Origin: Mobula birostris
Lineage: Eukaryota
Reading direction: 5' to 3'
Length of the DNA: 64,000 nucleotides
NCBI RefSeq assembly: GCF_030028105.1
Contig: NC_092370.1
Span: forward strand, 86,944,969-87,008,968
Shown here in pieces: positions 13,236-25,368 of the stretch (positions are counted from its first letter, which is position 1; each line of letters opens with the position of its first letter). The notes below the pieces were generated by a model that searched no databases, was not told the origin of the DNA, and saw only the letters and a program-made list of their open reading frames with translations. The position numbers and the translations under genes were made by a program.

Positions 13236-14857
13236 ATGCATCCTTGCATCTAACCAGTCAAGCCCCACATAAACCCTCATTCTACTAAACTTAGTGTATG
13301 GGCTCAGTCTGCTTATCCTCTCCTCTTAGCACAAGCTCCATCTCAAAACAATCTGATGAACTTTTGCTGCTCCCCTTTATTACACTTCCCTGGTATTTGC
13401 TTACTGTGTTGGAGCTCAGGCTAGAGTGTTTGCTTTGAGATTCTCTTGCCAAGTATGTGGATGAAATAGTTCACTCGCTGGATTGGGTTCAGTTAATTAC
13501 AACCTTAATGCTGGGGATGCTGGATTGGATGAAGATGACTGATTTGGTTTGCTGATCCTGCCAGTGATAATGGGAAGTAGTTCCCTGGTGCCTACTCTAA
13601 ATAGCCAATAGTTTTGAAGTGTACACCACTGCTGCTCAGTAGACCATGAGCTCCTTTTCCATGGGCAGCTAAAGGCTGAGCAGGTACATTGCGGGCCTTT
13701 GTTACTGGTAGTCTTTGTGAATGATGTTGCCTTTGCTTAGAACAGGCTTCCAAGTAAAGGTGAATGATCCATGTTGTCAGGGTCCTGGCATGGATCTGAA
13801 TTGTCAAAGGATCCCCATATATATAGAAAAGTGTCTTAATGTTAAGAGGATCACAACTTAAGCTCCTTCTGTTACCAGATTTGGGGAGCTGAGTTGGGTG
13901 AGGAAGACCCTCAAATAATGGAAGGGTGTATCACCCCAGAGGACTGCATGTGGCAATGGTGCTATGGTTTAAGCGATAAGCATTAACACTGTTGAATACG
14001 TTGACCAAATGTCACAAAGAATGTAAAGTGTCCTGCAAATTTTCTTCTAGATTTTATTACAATTATTATTTTTCTATATATAAATTATGTATAAATTATT
14101 TTTAAATGAAAAGATGCATCTCAATGTAAAAAGACATGGAAAACTTAAAGGTACATGAAATGTGAGAAACACAGGGTCTCCTTAACTAAAATGTCTAGTT
14201 TGATTGTTGTATAATTCCACTTTACTAATGATACTGGCTGCATAATCCCTTCAAACTGACTGCTTTGAATTCTCAGAGTTATTTCAATCTCAAAAGCTAC
14301 TTGTGAAGTAAAAAAAAACACCCTAAAAATAGCACATAGCAAAGAAAGATGAATCTCTGGAAATAGATCTTTTAAAATTGTCTGGTAAAATTACTCACAT
14401 TATCTAGAGCATAGTAGAAGAAATGAGGAGTTAGGTTGTATTAGACTCCATCTAGTGGTCCATGCTAATAAATGTGGCTCTCACCACTTAAATACAAATA
14501 ACTAGAATCAAACAGTTTGCATGTTCACAAGATAACTTGAGCTGAGAATGGACAAGAGGCACAATGTAATTCATCTATCTAGAAGGATTGTAATGATGCC
14601 CTACCCCCTCCAGTATGTGTTTTCTGAATAATTCCAAGTGTTGGTCACCATCTCCCTATTGCAATGTTCATTACAAACCAATCAATCTTTAGGTGTGAAG
14701 GCAACTTTCCATCTTATTGATGACATTTTCTGGGTGAGAAATCTGACCCTCTCCTGTCTTCAATTAAAACAAAATGCTGGGAAACTTCAGATTAGGCAGC
14801 AGGTAGAGCAAGAGGATACCTAAGGAGAAGCTAAGACCACTCAAGGATAAAGAGGGT

Positions 14858-15638
14858 AAACACGAAGAATTCTGCAGATGCTGGAAATTCAAGCAACACA
14901 TATCAAAGTTGCTGGTGAATGCAGCAGGCCAGGCAGCATCTCTAGGAAGAGGTATAGTCGACGTTTCGGGCCGAGACCCTTCATCAGGACTAACTGAAGG
15001 AAGAGCTAGTAAGAGATTTGGAAGTGGGAGGGGGAGGGATGGAGCCAAAAGCTGGACAGGTGATTGGCAAAAGGGATATGAGAGGATCGTGGGACAGGAG
15101 GCCCACGGAGAAGGAAAAGGGGGAGGGGGGGGGAACCCAGAGGATGGGCAAGGGGTATAGTCAGAGGGACAGAGGGAGAAAAAGGAGAGAGAAAGAATGT
15201 GTGTATATAAATAAATAATGGATGGGGTACGAGGGGGAGGTGGGGCAGTAGCGGAAGTTAGAGAAGTCAATGTTCATGTTGGAGGCTACCCAGACAGAAT
15301 ATAAGGTGTTGTTCCTCCAACCTGAGTGTGACTTCATCTTTACAGTAGAGGAGGCCATGGATAGACATATAAGAATGGGAATGGAATGTGGAATTAAAAT
15401 GTGTGGCCACTGGGAGATCTCTGGCCTTCTCTGGCGGACAGAGCGTAGGTGTTCAGCAGAACCATCTCCCAGTCTGCGTCGGGTCTCGCCAATATATAGA
15501 AGGCCACATCAGGAGCACTGGATGCAGTATATCACCCCAGCCGAATCACAGGTGAAGTGTCGCCTCACCTGGAAGGACTGTCTGGGGCCCTGAATGGTGG
15601 TAAGGGAGGAAGTGTAAGGGCAAGTGTAGCACTTGTTT
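14858..15638 (-). mobile_element. Penelope-like element 3' part (GIY-YIG C-terminus plus terminal repeat)
   Basis: Near-identical reverse complement of 11283-12083 plus the terminal tail. Confidence 0.92.
14955..14992 (-). ncRNA. Minimal type I hammerhead ribozyme motif with intact core
   Basis: Minus strand reads TAGTC-CTGATGA-A-GGG-tctcgg-CCC-GAAA-CG-TC^GACTA: 5-bp stem I, both conserved boxes, 3-bp stem II, palindromic ACGT stem III. Predicted cut between 14960 and 14959. Confidence 0.8.
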
Positions 15639-16635
15639 GGATGCGGAGAATGTGAGTGAGGTCCTGAATGAGTATTTTACTTCAATACTTACCAAAGAAA
15701 AGGACATGGAGGACCAGAAGATCAGTGCAGAGTGCATAAATATGTTAGGGCATTTAGAGGTTAAGGAGAAAAAGTATTGGCTCTCCTAAGGAGTATTAAG
15801 GTGAATAAGTCCCCAGAGCTTTTTGGAATTTACCGCAAGTTATTGAGGGAGGCAAGAGATGAGATTACTGGTGCCTTGACCCAGTACCTTCTTGTCCACC
15901 TAGGCACCATTGAGGTCCTGGAGGACTGGCAAGTGGCTAATGTTGAATCTCTATTTAAGAAGGGAACAGAGGAAAATCCTGGGAACTATAGACCAGTGAG
16001 TCTCACATCAGTTGAAGAGAAATTGCTGGAGAGAATTCTAGGAGATGGGGGATATATGAGCATTTGGAAACCCATGGCTTAATTAGGGAGAGCCCAGCAT
16101 GGCTTTGTGCCGGGCAAGTCGTGTCTTACTAACTTGATTCAGTTTCTGACAAGAGTGATAGATGAGGGTAGGAGCAGTGGATGCTGTCTACGTGGATTTT
16201 AGTACGGTGTTTGACAAAGCCTCTCATGGGAGGCTAAACCAGAAGATTAAGATTCATGGGGTCCATGGTGAATTAGCTGTTTGGATTCAGAACTGGCTTG
16301 CACATAGAAAACAGAGAATAGTAGGTGAAGGGATTAGTAAGTTTGCCAATGAAACCAATATTGATGGAGTTGCGAATAGTTTAGGAGACTGACAAAGAAT
16401 ACAGCCTGATATAGATCAGTTGTAGATATAGGTAGAGAAATGTCAAAAGGAGCTTACCCCAGATAAATGTGAGGTGTTGCACCCTGGTAGGGTAAATGCA
16501 AGGAGCAGTCCACAGTTAAGCACATGATCCTTAACAGTGTTGTTGAGCAGAGAGATCATGGGGTCCAAAGGTCATAGCTCCTTGAAAGTAGCTACACAGG
16601 TTGATAAGGTGGTTAAGAAGGCTTATGGAATACTT

Positions 16636-17010
16636 GCAACACACACAAAATACTGGAGAAACTCAGCAGGCCAGGCAGCACCTATGGAGAATAGTATAGT
16701 GCATGTTTTGGGCCGAGACCCTTCATCAGGACTGGAGAAAAAAAGTCAGAGTTAGAAAGTGGTAGGCTGAGGTCATTGAGGTTTAAGTAAATAGATGGTC
16801 TTCAGTCCCAAGATTAGTCTTGATCTTTCGGAGTAGTAGCTCAGACTCAAAGACAAATGGGCAACTATGCATTGTGCTGTTGAAGGGCCTCAGCCCAAAA
16901 TGTCGACTACTTATTCATTTCCATAGATGCTGCCTGGCCTGCTGGGTTCCTCCAGCATTGTGTGTGTGTTGTTCGGATTTCCAGCATCTGCAGATTTTCT
17001 CATTTGTGAT
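16636..17010. mobile_element. PLE terminal-repeat inverted pair
   Basis: 16636-16745 (-) and ~16875-17010 (+) are inverted copies, both with degenerate hammerhead motifs. Confidence 0.8.
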
Positions 17011-17239
17011 TCCTTGTGCTTGCAGGGTTCATTTCCTTTCTTTTATGTAAACATTCAAAGAAAAAGGACTTTCACCTTGGTTGCTGTTAGCAATATCATG
17101 CTTTATCTTCGATTCCTGGAGATCCCTGAGCAAATGTAGCACAGAGACACTCATTCTAACATTATTCTTCTAATGACCACAGATTTGCATTTAAATAATC
17201 AAGTTTGCTATCATGTCACTAAAGGTAAGAATGTAGGAA

Positions 17240-19613
17240 AGAGTTTGTTAGGTGTGTTCAGGAAGGTTTCTTGACACAATATGTGGATACGCCTACACGA
17301 GGAGAGGCTGTACTTGATCTGGTATTGGGAAATGAACCTGGCCAAGTGTCAGATCTCTCAGTGGGAGAGCATTTTGGAGATGGTGATCACAATTCTATCT
17401 CCTTTACCATAGCTTTGGAGAAGAATAGGAACAGACAAGTTAGGAAAGTGTTTAACTGGAGTAAGGGAAATACGATGCTATCAGGCAGGAACTTCGAAGC
17501 ATAAATTGGAAACAGATGTTCTCAGGGAAATGTATGGAAGAAATGTGGCAAATATTCAGGGGATACTTGCATGGAGTTCTGCATAGGTATGTTCCAATGA
17601 GAGAGGGAAAGGATGGTAGCGGACGGGAACTGTGGTGTACAAAGGCTGTTGTAAACCTAGTCAAGAAGAAAAGAAGAGCTTACGAAAGGTCCAAAAAACT
17701 AGGTAATGATAGATATCTAGAAGACGATAAGACTAGCAGGAAGGAGCTTAAGAATGAAATTAGGAGAGCCAGAAAGGGCCATGAGAAGGCCTTGGTGGAC
17801 ATGATTAAGGAAAACCCCAAGGCATTCTACATGTACGTGAAGAGCAAGAGGATAAGACGTGAGAGAACTAATCAAGTTTGACAGTGGAAAAGTGTGTATG
17901 GAACCAGAGGAGATAGCAGAGGTACTTAATGAGTACTTTGCTTCAGTATTCACTACGGAAAAGGATCTTGGCAATTGTAGGGATGACTTACAGCGGACTG
18001 AAAAGCTGCAGCATGTAGATATTAGGGAAGAGGATGTGCTGGAGCTTTTGTAAAGCATCAAGTTGGATAAGTCACTGGGACCGGATGAGGTGTACCCCAG
18101 GCTACTGTGGGAGGTGAGAGAAGAGATTGCTGAGCCTCTGGCGATGATCTTTGCGTCAACAATAGGGACGGGAGAGGTTCCAGAGGACTGGAGGATTGCA
18201 GATGTTATTTCTTTATTCAAGAAAGGGAGTAGAGATAGCCCATGAAATTATAGACAAGTGAGTTTTACTTCAGTGGTTGGTAAGTTAATGGAGAAGATCC
18301 TGAGAGGCAGGATTTATGAACATTTGGAGAAGCATAATATGATTAGGAATAGTCAGCATGGCTTCATCAAAGGCAGGTTGTGCCTTACCAGCCTGATTGA
18401 ATTTTTTGAGAATGTGACTAAACACATGGATGAAGGTAGAGCAGTAGATGTAGTGTATATGGATTTCAGCAAGGCATTTGATAAGGTACCCCATGCAAGG
18501 CTTATTTAGAAAGTAAGGAGGCATGGAATCCAAGGGAACATTGCTTTGTTGATCCACAGAAGGCAAAGAGTGGTTGTAGGTGGGTCATATTCTGCATGGG
18601 GGGGGGGGGGGTCGTTGACCAGTGGTGTGCCTCAGGGATGTCTTCTGGGAATGCTGCTCTTCCTGATTTTTATGACCTGGATGAGGAAGTGGAGGGATGG
18701 GTTAGTAAATTTGCTGATGACACAAAAGTTGGAGGTGTTGTGGATAGTGTGTAAGGCTGTCAGAGGTTACAACGGGACATTGATAGGATGCAAAACTGGG
18801 CTGAGAAGTGGCAGATGGAGTTCAACCCAGATAAGTGTGAAGTGGTTCATTTTGGTAGGTCAAATATGATGGCAGAATATAGTATTAATGGTAAGACCCT
18901 TGGCAGTGTGGAGGATCAAGGGATCTTGGGGTCCGAGTCCATAGGACACTCAAAGCTGCTGCGCAGGTTGACTCTGTAGTTAAGAAGGCATACGATGCAT
19001 TGCCTTTCATCAATCGTGGGATTGAGTTTAGGAGCCAAGAGGTAATATTGCAGCTATATAGGACCCTGGTCAGACCCCACTTGGAGTACTGTGCTCAGTT
19101 CTGGTCGCCTCACTATAGGAAGGATGTGGAAACCATAGAAAGGGTGCAGAGGAGATTTACAAGGATGTAGCCTGGATTGGGGAGTGTGCCTTATGAGAAT
19201 AGGTTGAGTGAACTCAGCCTATTTTCCTTGGAGTGACAGAGGATGAGAAGTGACCTGATAGAGGTATATAAGATGATGAGAGGCATTGATTATGTGGATA
19301 GTCAGAGGTTTTTTCCCAGGGCTGAATGGCTAACATGAGGGGGCACAGTTTTAAGGTGCTTGGAAGTAGGTACAGAGGAGATGTCAGGGTAAGTTTTTTT
19401 ATGCAGAGGATGGTGAGTGCATGGAAGGGGCTGCCGGCGACAGTGGTGGAGGCGGATATGATAGGGTATTTTAAGAGGCTCCTGGATAGGTACATGGAGC
19501 TTAGAAAAATAGAGGGCTATGGGTAACCCTAGGTAATTTCTAAGGTGAGGACATGCTCGGCACAGCTTTGTGGGGCGAAGGGCCTGTATTGTGCTGTAAG
19601 TTTTCTATGTTCT
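17240..19613 (+). mobile_element. CR1 LINE, ~2.4 kb of ORF2 plus 3' UTR
   Basis: TQYVDTPTRGEAVLDLVLGNEPG, ENPKAFY, LNEYFASVFT, SQHGFIKG, YMDFSKAFDKVPH, WAEKWQMEFNPDKC; tail tttctatgttct. Confidence 0.95.
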
Positions 19614-20137
19614 AAATAGTAGGCTTTACTGCCCATTGGGATTGTTCGCCATTCAGAGAGACCATAGTTACTCTGATCTTGTCTTTAACTCTACATTCCT
19701 GTCTGTTTTCTGTAACCCTCCATTCTCCTAAAGTCTAATCATGTCTCATCCATTAATGTAATGAAGAACTCAATATCTATGAATCTGAGAGCCAGAAGAT
19801 TCCAAAGATTCAACTCTCTTTAGAAAAAGAAATTCCTTCTAAGCTCATCTTAAATGGAGACTTTGCTTAAGACTATTCACCCCGACTTCTCAATTCTTCC
19901 CCCTGAAGGAAATAGCCTTTCAACATCTACTCTGATCAGCATCTGCCCAGGTTCTTATATTTCACCCACTTTCTTATTCTTCTAAACTTCAAAAGACCAT
20001 AGGTCCAACATACCCACTCATATTTGTTTGTGGCAAGTACATCTTCCCATAAACAAAGCATCCAAATCTACATTCAGTACTTCATTTGTAGTTTACAACA
20101 TTATTTATAACTACAGCAAAGCTTTCCTACACTGATG

Positions 20138-20295
20138 TCACAAACAAGAGAAATTCTGCAAATGCTGGAAATCCAAACAACACACACACAAAGCTGGAGG
20201 AACTCAGCAGGCCACTAAGTACCTATGGAAAAGAGTACGTATTGAGTCCCGATGAAGGTTCTGGGCCCGAAACGTTGACTATACTCTTTTCCACA
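20138..20295. mobile_element. Short fold-back PLE-derived insertion with a hammerhead-like motif at 20245-20280
   Basis: Inverted tail arm followed by agtc-CCGATGA-aggttctgggccc-GAAA-cg-TT-gact. Confidence 0.75.
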
Positions 20296-20804
20296 ATGCA
20301 TTCAAGATTAGAATGAGAAGGCAATGCCTGAATCCTCTAAAAAAAAATCATGAATTAGTAAAGATACCTAGAGCTGTACAGCCTACTCTAAGCAGTTCAT
20401 CTCTATTCAGATAACTTATTAATCCTATTCGTCCATTTGATACTTATTTGCTATTATAACATCCAAACAGTTTAAGTTTTCTATGTAAATATATTCTTGG
20501 AGAAAAAAAAACTTCTGGATCAATCCAAAAATTGGATAGCTTTCCATGATGTCTGCCGGATTTCCAGAGGAAAGAGGCATGGATTTCATTAAGGCAGGAT
20601 TTTTATCATCTCAGACATCCCAGTCCGTTCGAATTTCTGCCTTCTCCCTCCAATTGCAAGATAATGACTATGTAATGGATTCCTTATATTGGGAAATCCA
20701 AATTACTAGGCTACGTAATTAAAATCCAACAAGGTACCACTTTAAGAGAAACAAGACATATTACTTTTCATCAGCATACTGTAAACCGGATTTAAGGGAG
20801 GGAG

Positions 20805-22970
20805 TTTGTCAAATGCATTCAGGAAAGTTTCCTTAAACAGTACATATAAATTCCAACTAGAGAGAGGGTGAAACCACATCTCCTGTGAGGGACAGAGACA
20901 GGGCAGGTAATAAAAGTTTTTGAAGGGACACACTTTGCATCTAGTGAGCATAATGTCGTTACTTTCAAGGTAATTATAGAAAAGAATAGGTCTAGTCCTG
21001 GAGTTAAGATTCTAAATTGGAGAAAGGCCAATTTTGAAGGTATTAGAAACGATCTGGCAAATGTGGATTGGGACAGGCTGTTCTCTACCAAAGCTGTACC
21101 TAGTAAGTGGGAAGCCATCAAAAGTGAATTTTTGAGAGTACAGTCTCTATGTTCCTGCCAGAATAAAAGGCAAGGATAAGGAAACCTTCGTTTTTGAGAG
21201 GTATTAAGGCCCTGGTTAAGAAAAAGGTGATGCACAGCAGGTATAGGTAGGTGGAAACAAATGAGATCCTAAAGGAGTAGGTATAAGAAATGCAAGAGAA
21301 CATTTAAGGAGGAAATCAGAAGGGCTAAAAGAAGATATGAGACTGCTCTAGCAGACAAAGTGAAGGAGAATCCTAAGGGCTTCTACAAATATATTAAGAG
21401 CAAAAGGATAGCAGGGGACAAAATTGGTTCTCTAGAAGATCAGAATGGTAATCTATACATGGAGCTGAAAGAGACATATTAGGTGGATAAATCCCCATGA
21501 CCTGACAAGGTGTTCCCTCAGACCCTGCAGGAGGCAAGTGCAGAAAATGCCAGGGTCCTAGCAGAGATATTTAAAACATCCTTAGCCATGGGTAGGGTGC
21601 CAGAGGATTGGAGGATAGATAAATTTGTTCTCTTTTTTTCAGAAAAGCCCTAAGAATAAGCCAGGAAATTATAGGCCAGTCAGCTTGACAATATAGGTGG
21701 GAAAGCTATTGGAAAGTATTCTAAGGGATTGGATCTATAAGTATTTGGATTGACAGGGATTGATTAGGGCTAGTCAGCATGGCTTTGTACGTGGTAAGTC
21801 AGGTCTAGTCAATCTTATACAGTTTTTTAAGGTAGCTACCAGGAAAGTTGATGAAGGCAAGGCAGTGGATGTTGTCTACATGGATTTTAGCAATGCCTTT
21901 GACAAGGTCCTGTATGGGAGGTTGGTCAAGATGAGGTAATAAATTGGATTAGTCTCTGGCTTTGCAGGAGAATGGTTGTAAATGGTTGCCTCTCTGTTTG
22001 GAGGTCTGTGACTAGTGGCATTCTGCAGGGGCTAGTACTGGGTCCATTGTTGCTTGTCATCTATAGCAACTGGATGATAACGTGGTAAACTGCATCGGAA
22101 AAATTTGCAGATGACACCAAGATTTTGGGTATAGTGGACTGTGAGGAAGACTATTAAAGCTCGCAGCAGGGTCTGGATCAGCTGGAAAATGGCAGATGAA
22201 ATCAAATGCAGACAAATGTGAGGCATTGCACTTTGGGACGACAACCAGCGTAAGTCTTACATGGTCAGTGGTAAGGCACTGAGGAGTGCAGTAGAACAGA
22301 GGGATCTGGCAATACAGATCCAAAATTCCTTGGAAGTGGCATCCTTAGCCATGGGTTGAAAAGTAAGCTTTTGGCACATGGTTTAATGAAGGCCAATGTA
22401 TTGAGTAGAGTTGGGATATTATGTTGAAATTGTATACAACATTATTGAGGCCTAATTTGAAGTACTGTGTGCAGTTTTCGTCAACTGCCTACAGGAAAGG
22501 TGTAAATTTTCTTTGCTCTCTTTCAATCTTATTTACAAGGATGTTGTCAGAATTTGAGGACCTAAGTTCCAGGGAAAGATTGAGTAGGTTAAGACTTTAT
22601 TCCTGGGAATATAGAAGATGGACGGGAGATTTGATAGAGGTATACAAAATTATGAGGGTTGATAAATGCAAGCAACTTTGCCCACTGAGATTGGGTGAGA
22701 CTACAACTAGAGGTCATAAGTTAAGGGTGAAAGGTGAACAGGGTCAAAAGGGGGGCTTCTTCACTCAGAGTGCGGAATGAGCTGCCAATGCAAGTGGTGG
22801 ATGGGGGTCCAATTTCAACAATTAAGAGAAATTTGGATAGGTACAAGAATGGGATGGATATGGAGGGCTACGGTCTGGGTGCAGATAATTGACTCGAGGC
22901 AGTTTAATTGTTGGGCACAGGCTAGATGGGCTAAAGGGCTTGTTTGTGCTTTAGTGTTCTGTGACTCTGA
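20805..22970 (+). mobile_element. CR1 LINE, degenerate
   Basis: LNWRKANF, KENPKGFYKY, NYRPVSL, YMDFSNAFDKV, KFADDTK, MLKLYTTLLRPNLKYCVQF; CR1 3' UTR. Confidence 0.92.
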
Positions 22971-24194
22971 GACTCATCCCATGGTAGAAGGAACCTTGCT
23001 ATCCCATAGAGAGACAGGTATACTGCAACAGGCAGTTGAAGTTGTGGGTTAGATTGGGCCTGAACCCCACTCTTGTTAGCAGACTGTTTCCAACATTTTC
23101 TAGTCACATAAATAGGAAACAGAAACAATGCTATCAAAATCACAAGTAAATGAGTTGTTCTCCACTGATCCACATGCTCGGGAGAGCAGAATACATGTGG
23201 ATTTAATGCTAAAAGTTAAACAAGGATTGTCAGCTGCAGATTGCATGGATACAGTACAATCAATTTCAGTTTACTTCTCCAAAATACAGTATGCCTTAAC
23301 TTGCTATTCTAAAGAATTTTCAGAGTTTTTTTAAATACATGATAATGTTGGAAAAAAAAACAAGGTATTTCAGAGAAAATATCCTGTATTTTAAGCACAA
23401 GTCAGGATTTAAATACATAAATATTCAGAAAACAATCTAACCTCTGTTAAATGTTTTTAAAATAATTGTATTGGAACAAAATGAAATTATTTGAGAAAGA
23501 ATTATGCAAAAATAGTCCAAATGTCAAGCTAGAAGTTATCTAAAGCTGACTGGTATGGGAATCCTTTTGCGCAAACGTTGTAAATAGTTTTGCGTTGATA
23601 GAAATATTTCTGGAACTATGATATGCGTGCCTTTCACAAAATAGTGTTACATCTTTATGGTTACAGTGCTGTGCTGAAGTGATTGAGTTACTGGTCAGTG
23701 CACTTTTGTTCAGCCCACATACTTAGGCTGACTTCAAATACATATTTCTTTATAGTTTAGGACCAAAACATTGGTTGAATGCCTATGCATTCTAGCTGGC
23801 CAGCCTCCAGAGATCTGCCACTAATGATATACAACCAAATTTCAACTTCATGATAAAAATAAATTTTACTTATGACATTGTACCATCATTCTGAAACATA
23901 AACATTTTGTTAACTCAGTGCTGTAAGGCATCAACATTAACCACTACACAGTCAAGCATTAATCCAGTGCAATGCAATAGGTGCCAAACAGCACGCTCCT
24001 TTAGGTGCATATGCTTGTCCACGCCTCTGGTTGCATTTCAAGGATAAGACCACTTACTTTAAAGAAAAACACATACACACCTACCAAAAGATGCCACTTT
24101 ATGAACTGTTATTGACTGGATGTTGGTCAAACAAAACTTAGTATAAATAATTTGAAACTTGGTACCCCATGTTCACAGGCTTGGCTGCTGGCTG

Positions 24195-24200
24195 TTTATT
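24195..24200 (-). terminator. Candidate AATAAA polyadenylation signal for PRELID3A
   Basis: tttatt on + (AATAAA on -), about 150 nt after the stop codon. The UTR may extend further. Confidence 0.35.
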
Positions 24201-24352
24201 TTAATGACCTGAATGTTTGATACATCCAAAGTCAATTTTGCAGCTTATAATGTCTTTCCATAAAAAAGGTATGACATCTTAAAATAACACAGAACACATT
24301 ACTAAGTGAATTTCCTGAATAGAAGTCAGAGGTGTGGCACAACCAGGGGTCA

Positions 24353-24466
24353 TCAATCTTCAGCAGCTGCTACAGCTGTTGGTGACTTTACATTCTCTTG
24401 GACGGATGCTGATAGTTCTTCAGTCTCATTTGTCTTGTTTATTACCCACTCTATAGCTTTGCAGCC
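24353..24466 (-). CDS. PRELID3A: PRELI domain-containing protein 3A, exon 6 (terminal)
   Basis: tctctttcag|GCKAIEWVINKTNETEELSASVQENVKSPTAVAAAED* with tandem TGA TGA. Phase 0 matches exon 5. Confidence 0.9.
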   Translation of the reverse strand, partial: GCKAIEWVINKTNETEELSASVQENVKSPTAVAAAED

Positions 24467-25172
24467 CTGAAAGAGAACATAGATAAAGGAATTAAGCAGA
24501 AATTAAGACTAAAAGGTGCTGATAAATGAATGCAAACTTCTTCACTGCTGAGAGAATTAGTGGAATATGTTCCGTTAACTCTAAAGGGGAATATCGTAAC
24601 CTCTCTCATTTTATAAGCATGAATTACAGATCCTAAATCATACAGAGGACAATTGCCTTGTTACTCCAGGAGAAGTGAGCGAAATAATATAGATGCCTGC
24701 TTCAAAATTGCTATTTATTATGGGGAAATGTGATTATCCATTATTGGATAATTAGTTAGAGTGTGATAGAATAAGTAAATGATGCAGTTCAAAGGAATCC
24801 AAGAACATTCTAAAGCATGAAGCACCAAAAGGTTAGCATGCAGGTATAGGAACTATAAGTAAGACTAATATTTTTTACAATATTAACATGGAGTAGATTT
24901 GATACAGCTTTGCAGGGCAGTGTGTGAGACTGAAACTGAACTACTGCACATAGATTTGACTCCCTACTTAAGAAATAATACATTTTCACTGCAGGCAAGT
25001 ATATCATTCCTTAAATACAGAACAAAAACTGGTTTGAAAAGATTGATAAAAGTTGATGGATATGGTGTTGTAATTATAGTTTAGAATGGCGAGTGGTGAT
25101 CTTACTTAAATATTTAAGATTGTGAAGAGATATTTCTCCATAGATATCATCTAGGCATTCAGAATAAGGAGT

Positions 25173-25368
25173 CAAATCACAAACAAGAGAGAATCTGCTG
25201 ATGCTGGAAATCCAAGCAACACAGACAAAATGCTGCAGGAACTCAGCAGGCCAGGCAGCATCTATGGAAAAGAGTACAGCCGACGTTTCAGGCCTAGACC
25301 CTTCAGCAGGATTTTTTTCCATAGATGCTGCCTGGCCTGCTGAGTTCCTCCAGCATTTTGTATGTTGC
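25173..25368. mobile_element. ~195-bp fold-back PLE-derived insertion in PRELID3A intron 5
   Basis: Inverted arms; TSD cagaataaggagt/cagaataagaagt (25160-25172, 25369-25381); hammerhead-like CTGCTGA...GAAACGTC on the minus strand. Confidence 0.85.

Larger units (their letters stand above)
14800..16635 (+). mobile_element. CR1 LINE fragment interrupted by a PLE at 14858-15638
   Basis: SKRI..EKLRPLKDKEG before the insert and DAENVSEVLNEYF after it; then ENPGNYRPVSLTS, DFSTVFDKASH, KFANET. Confidence 0.85.
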
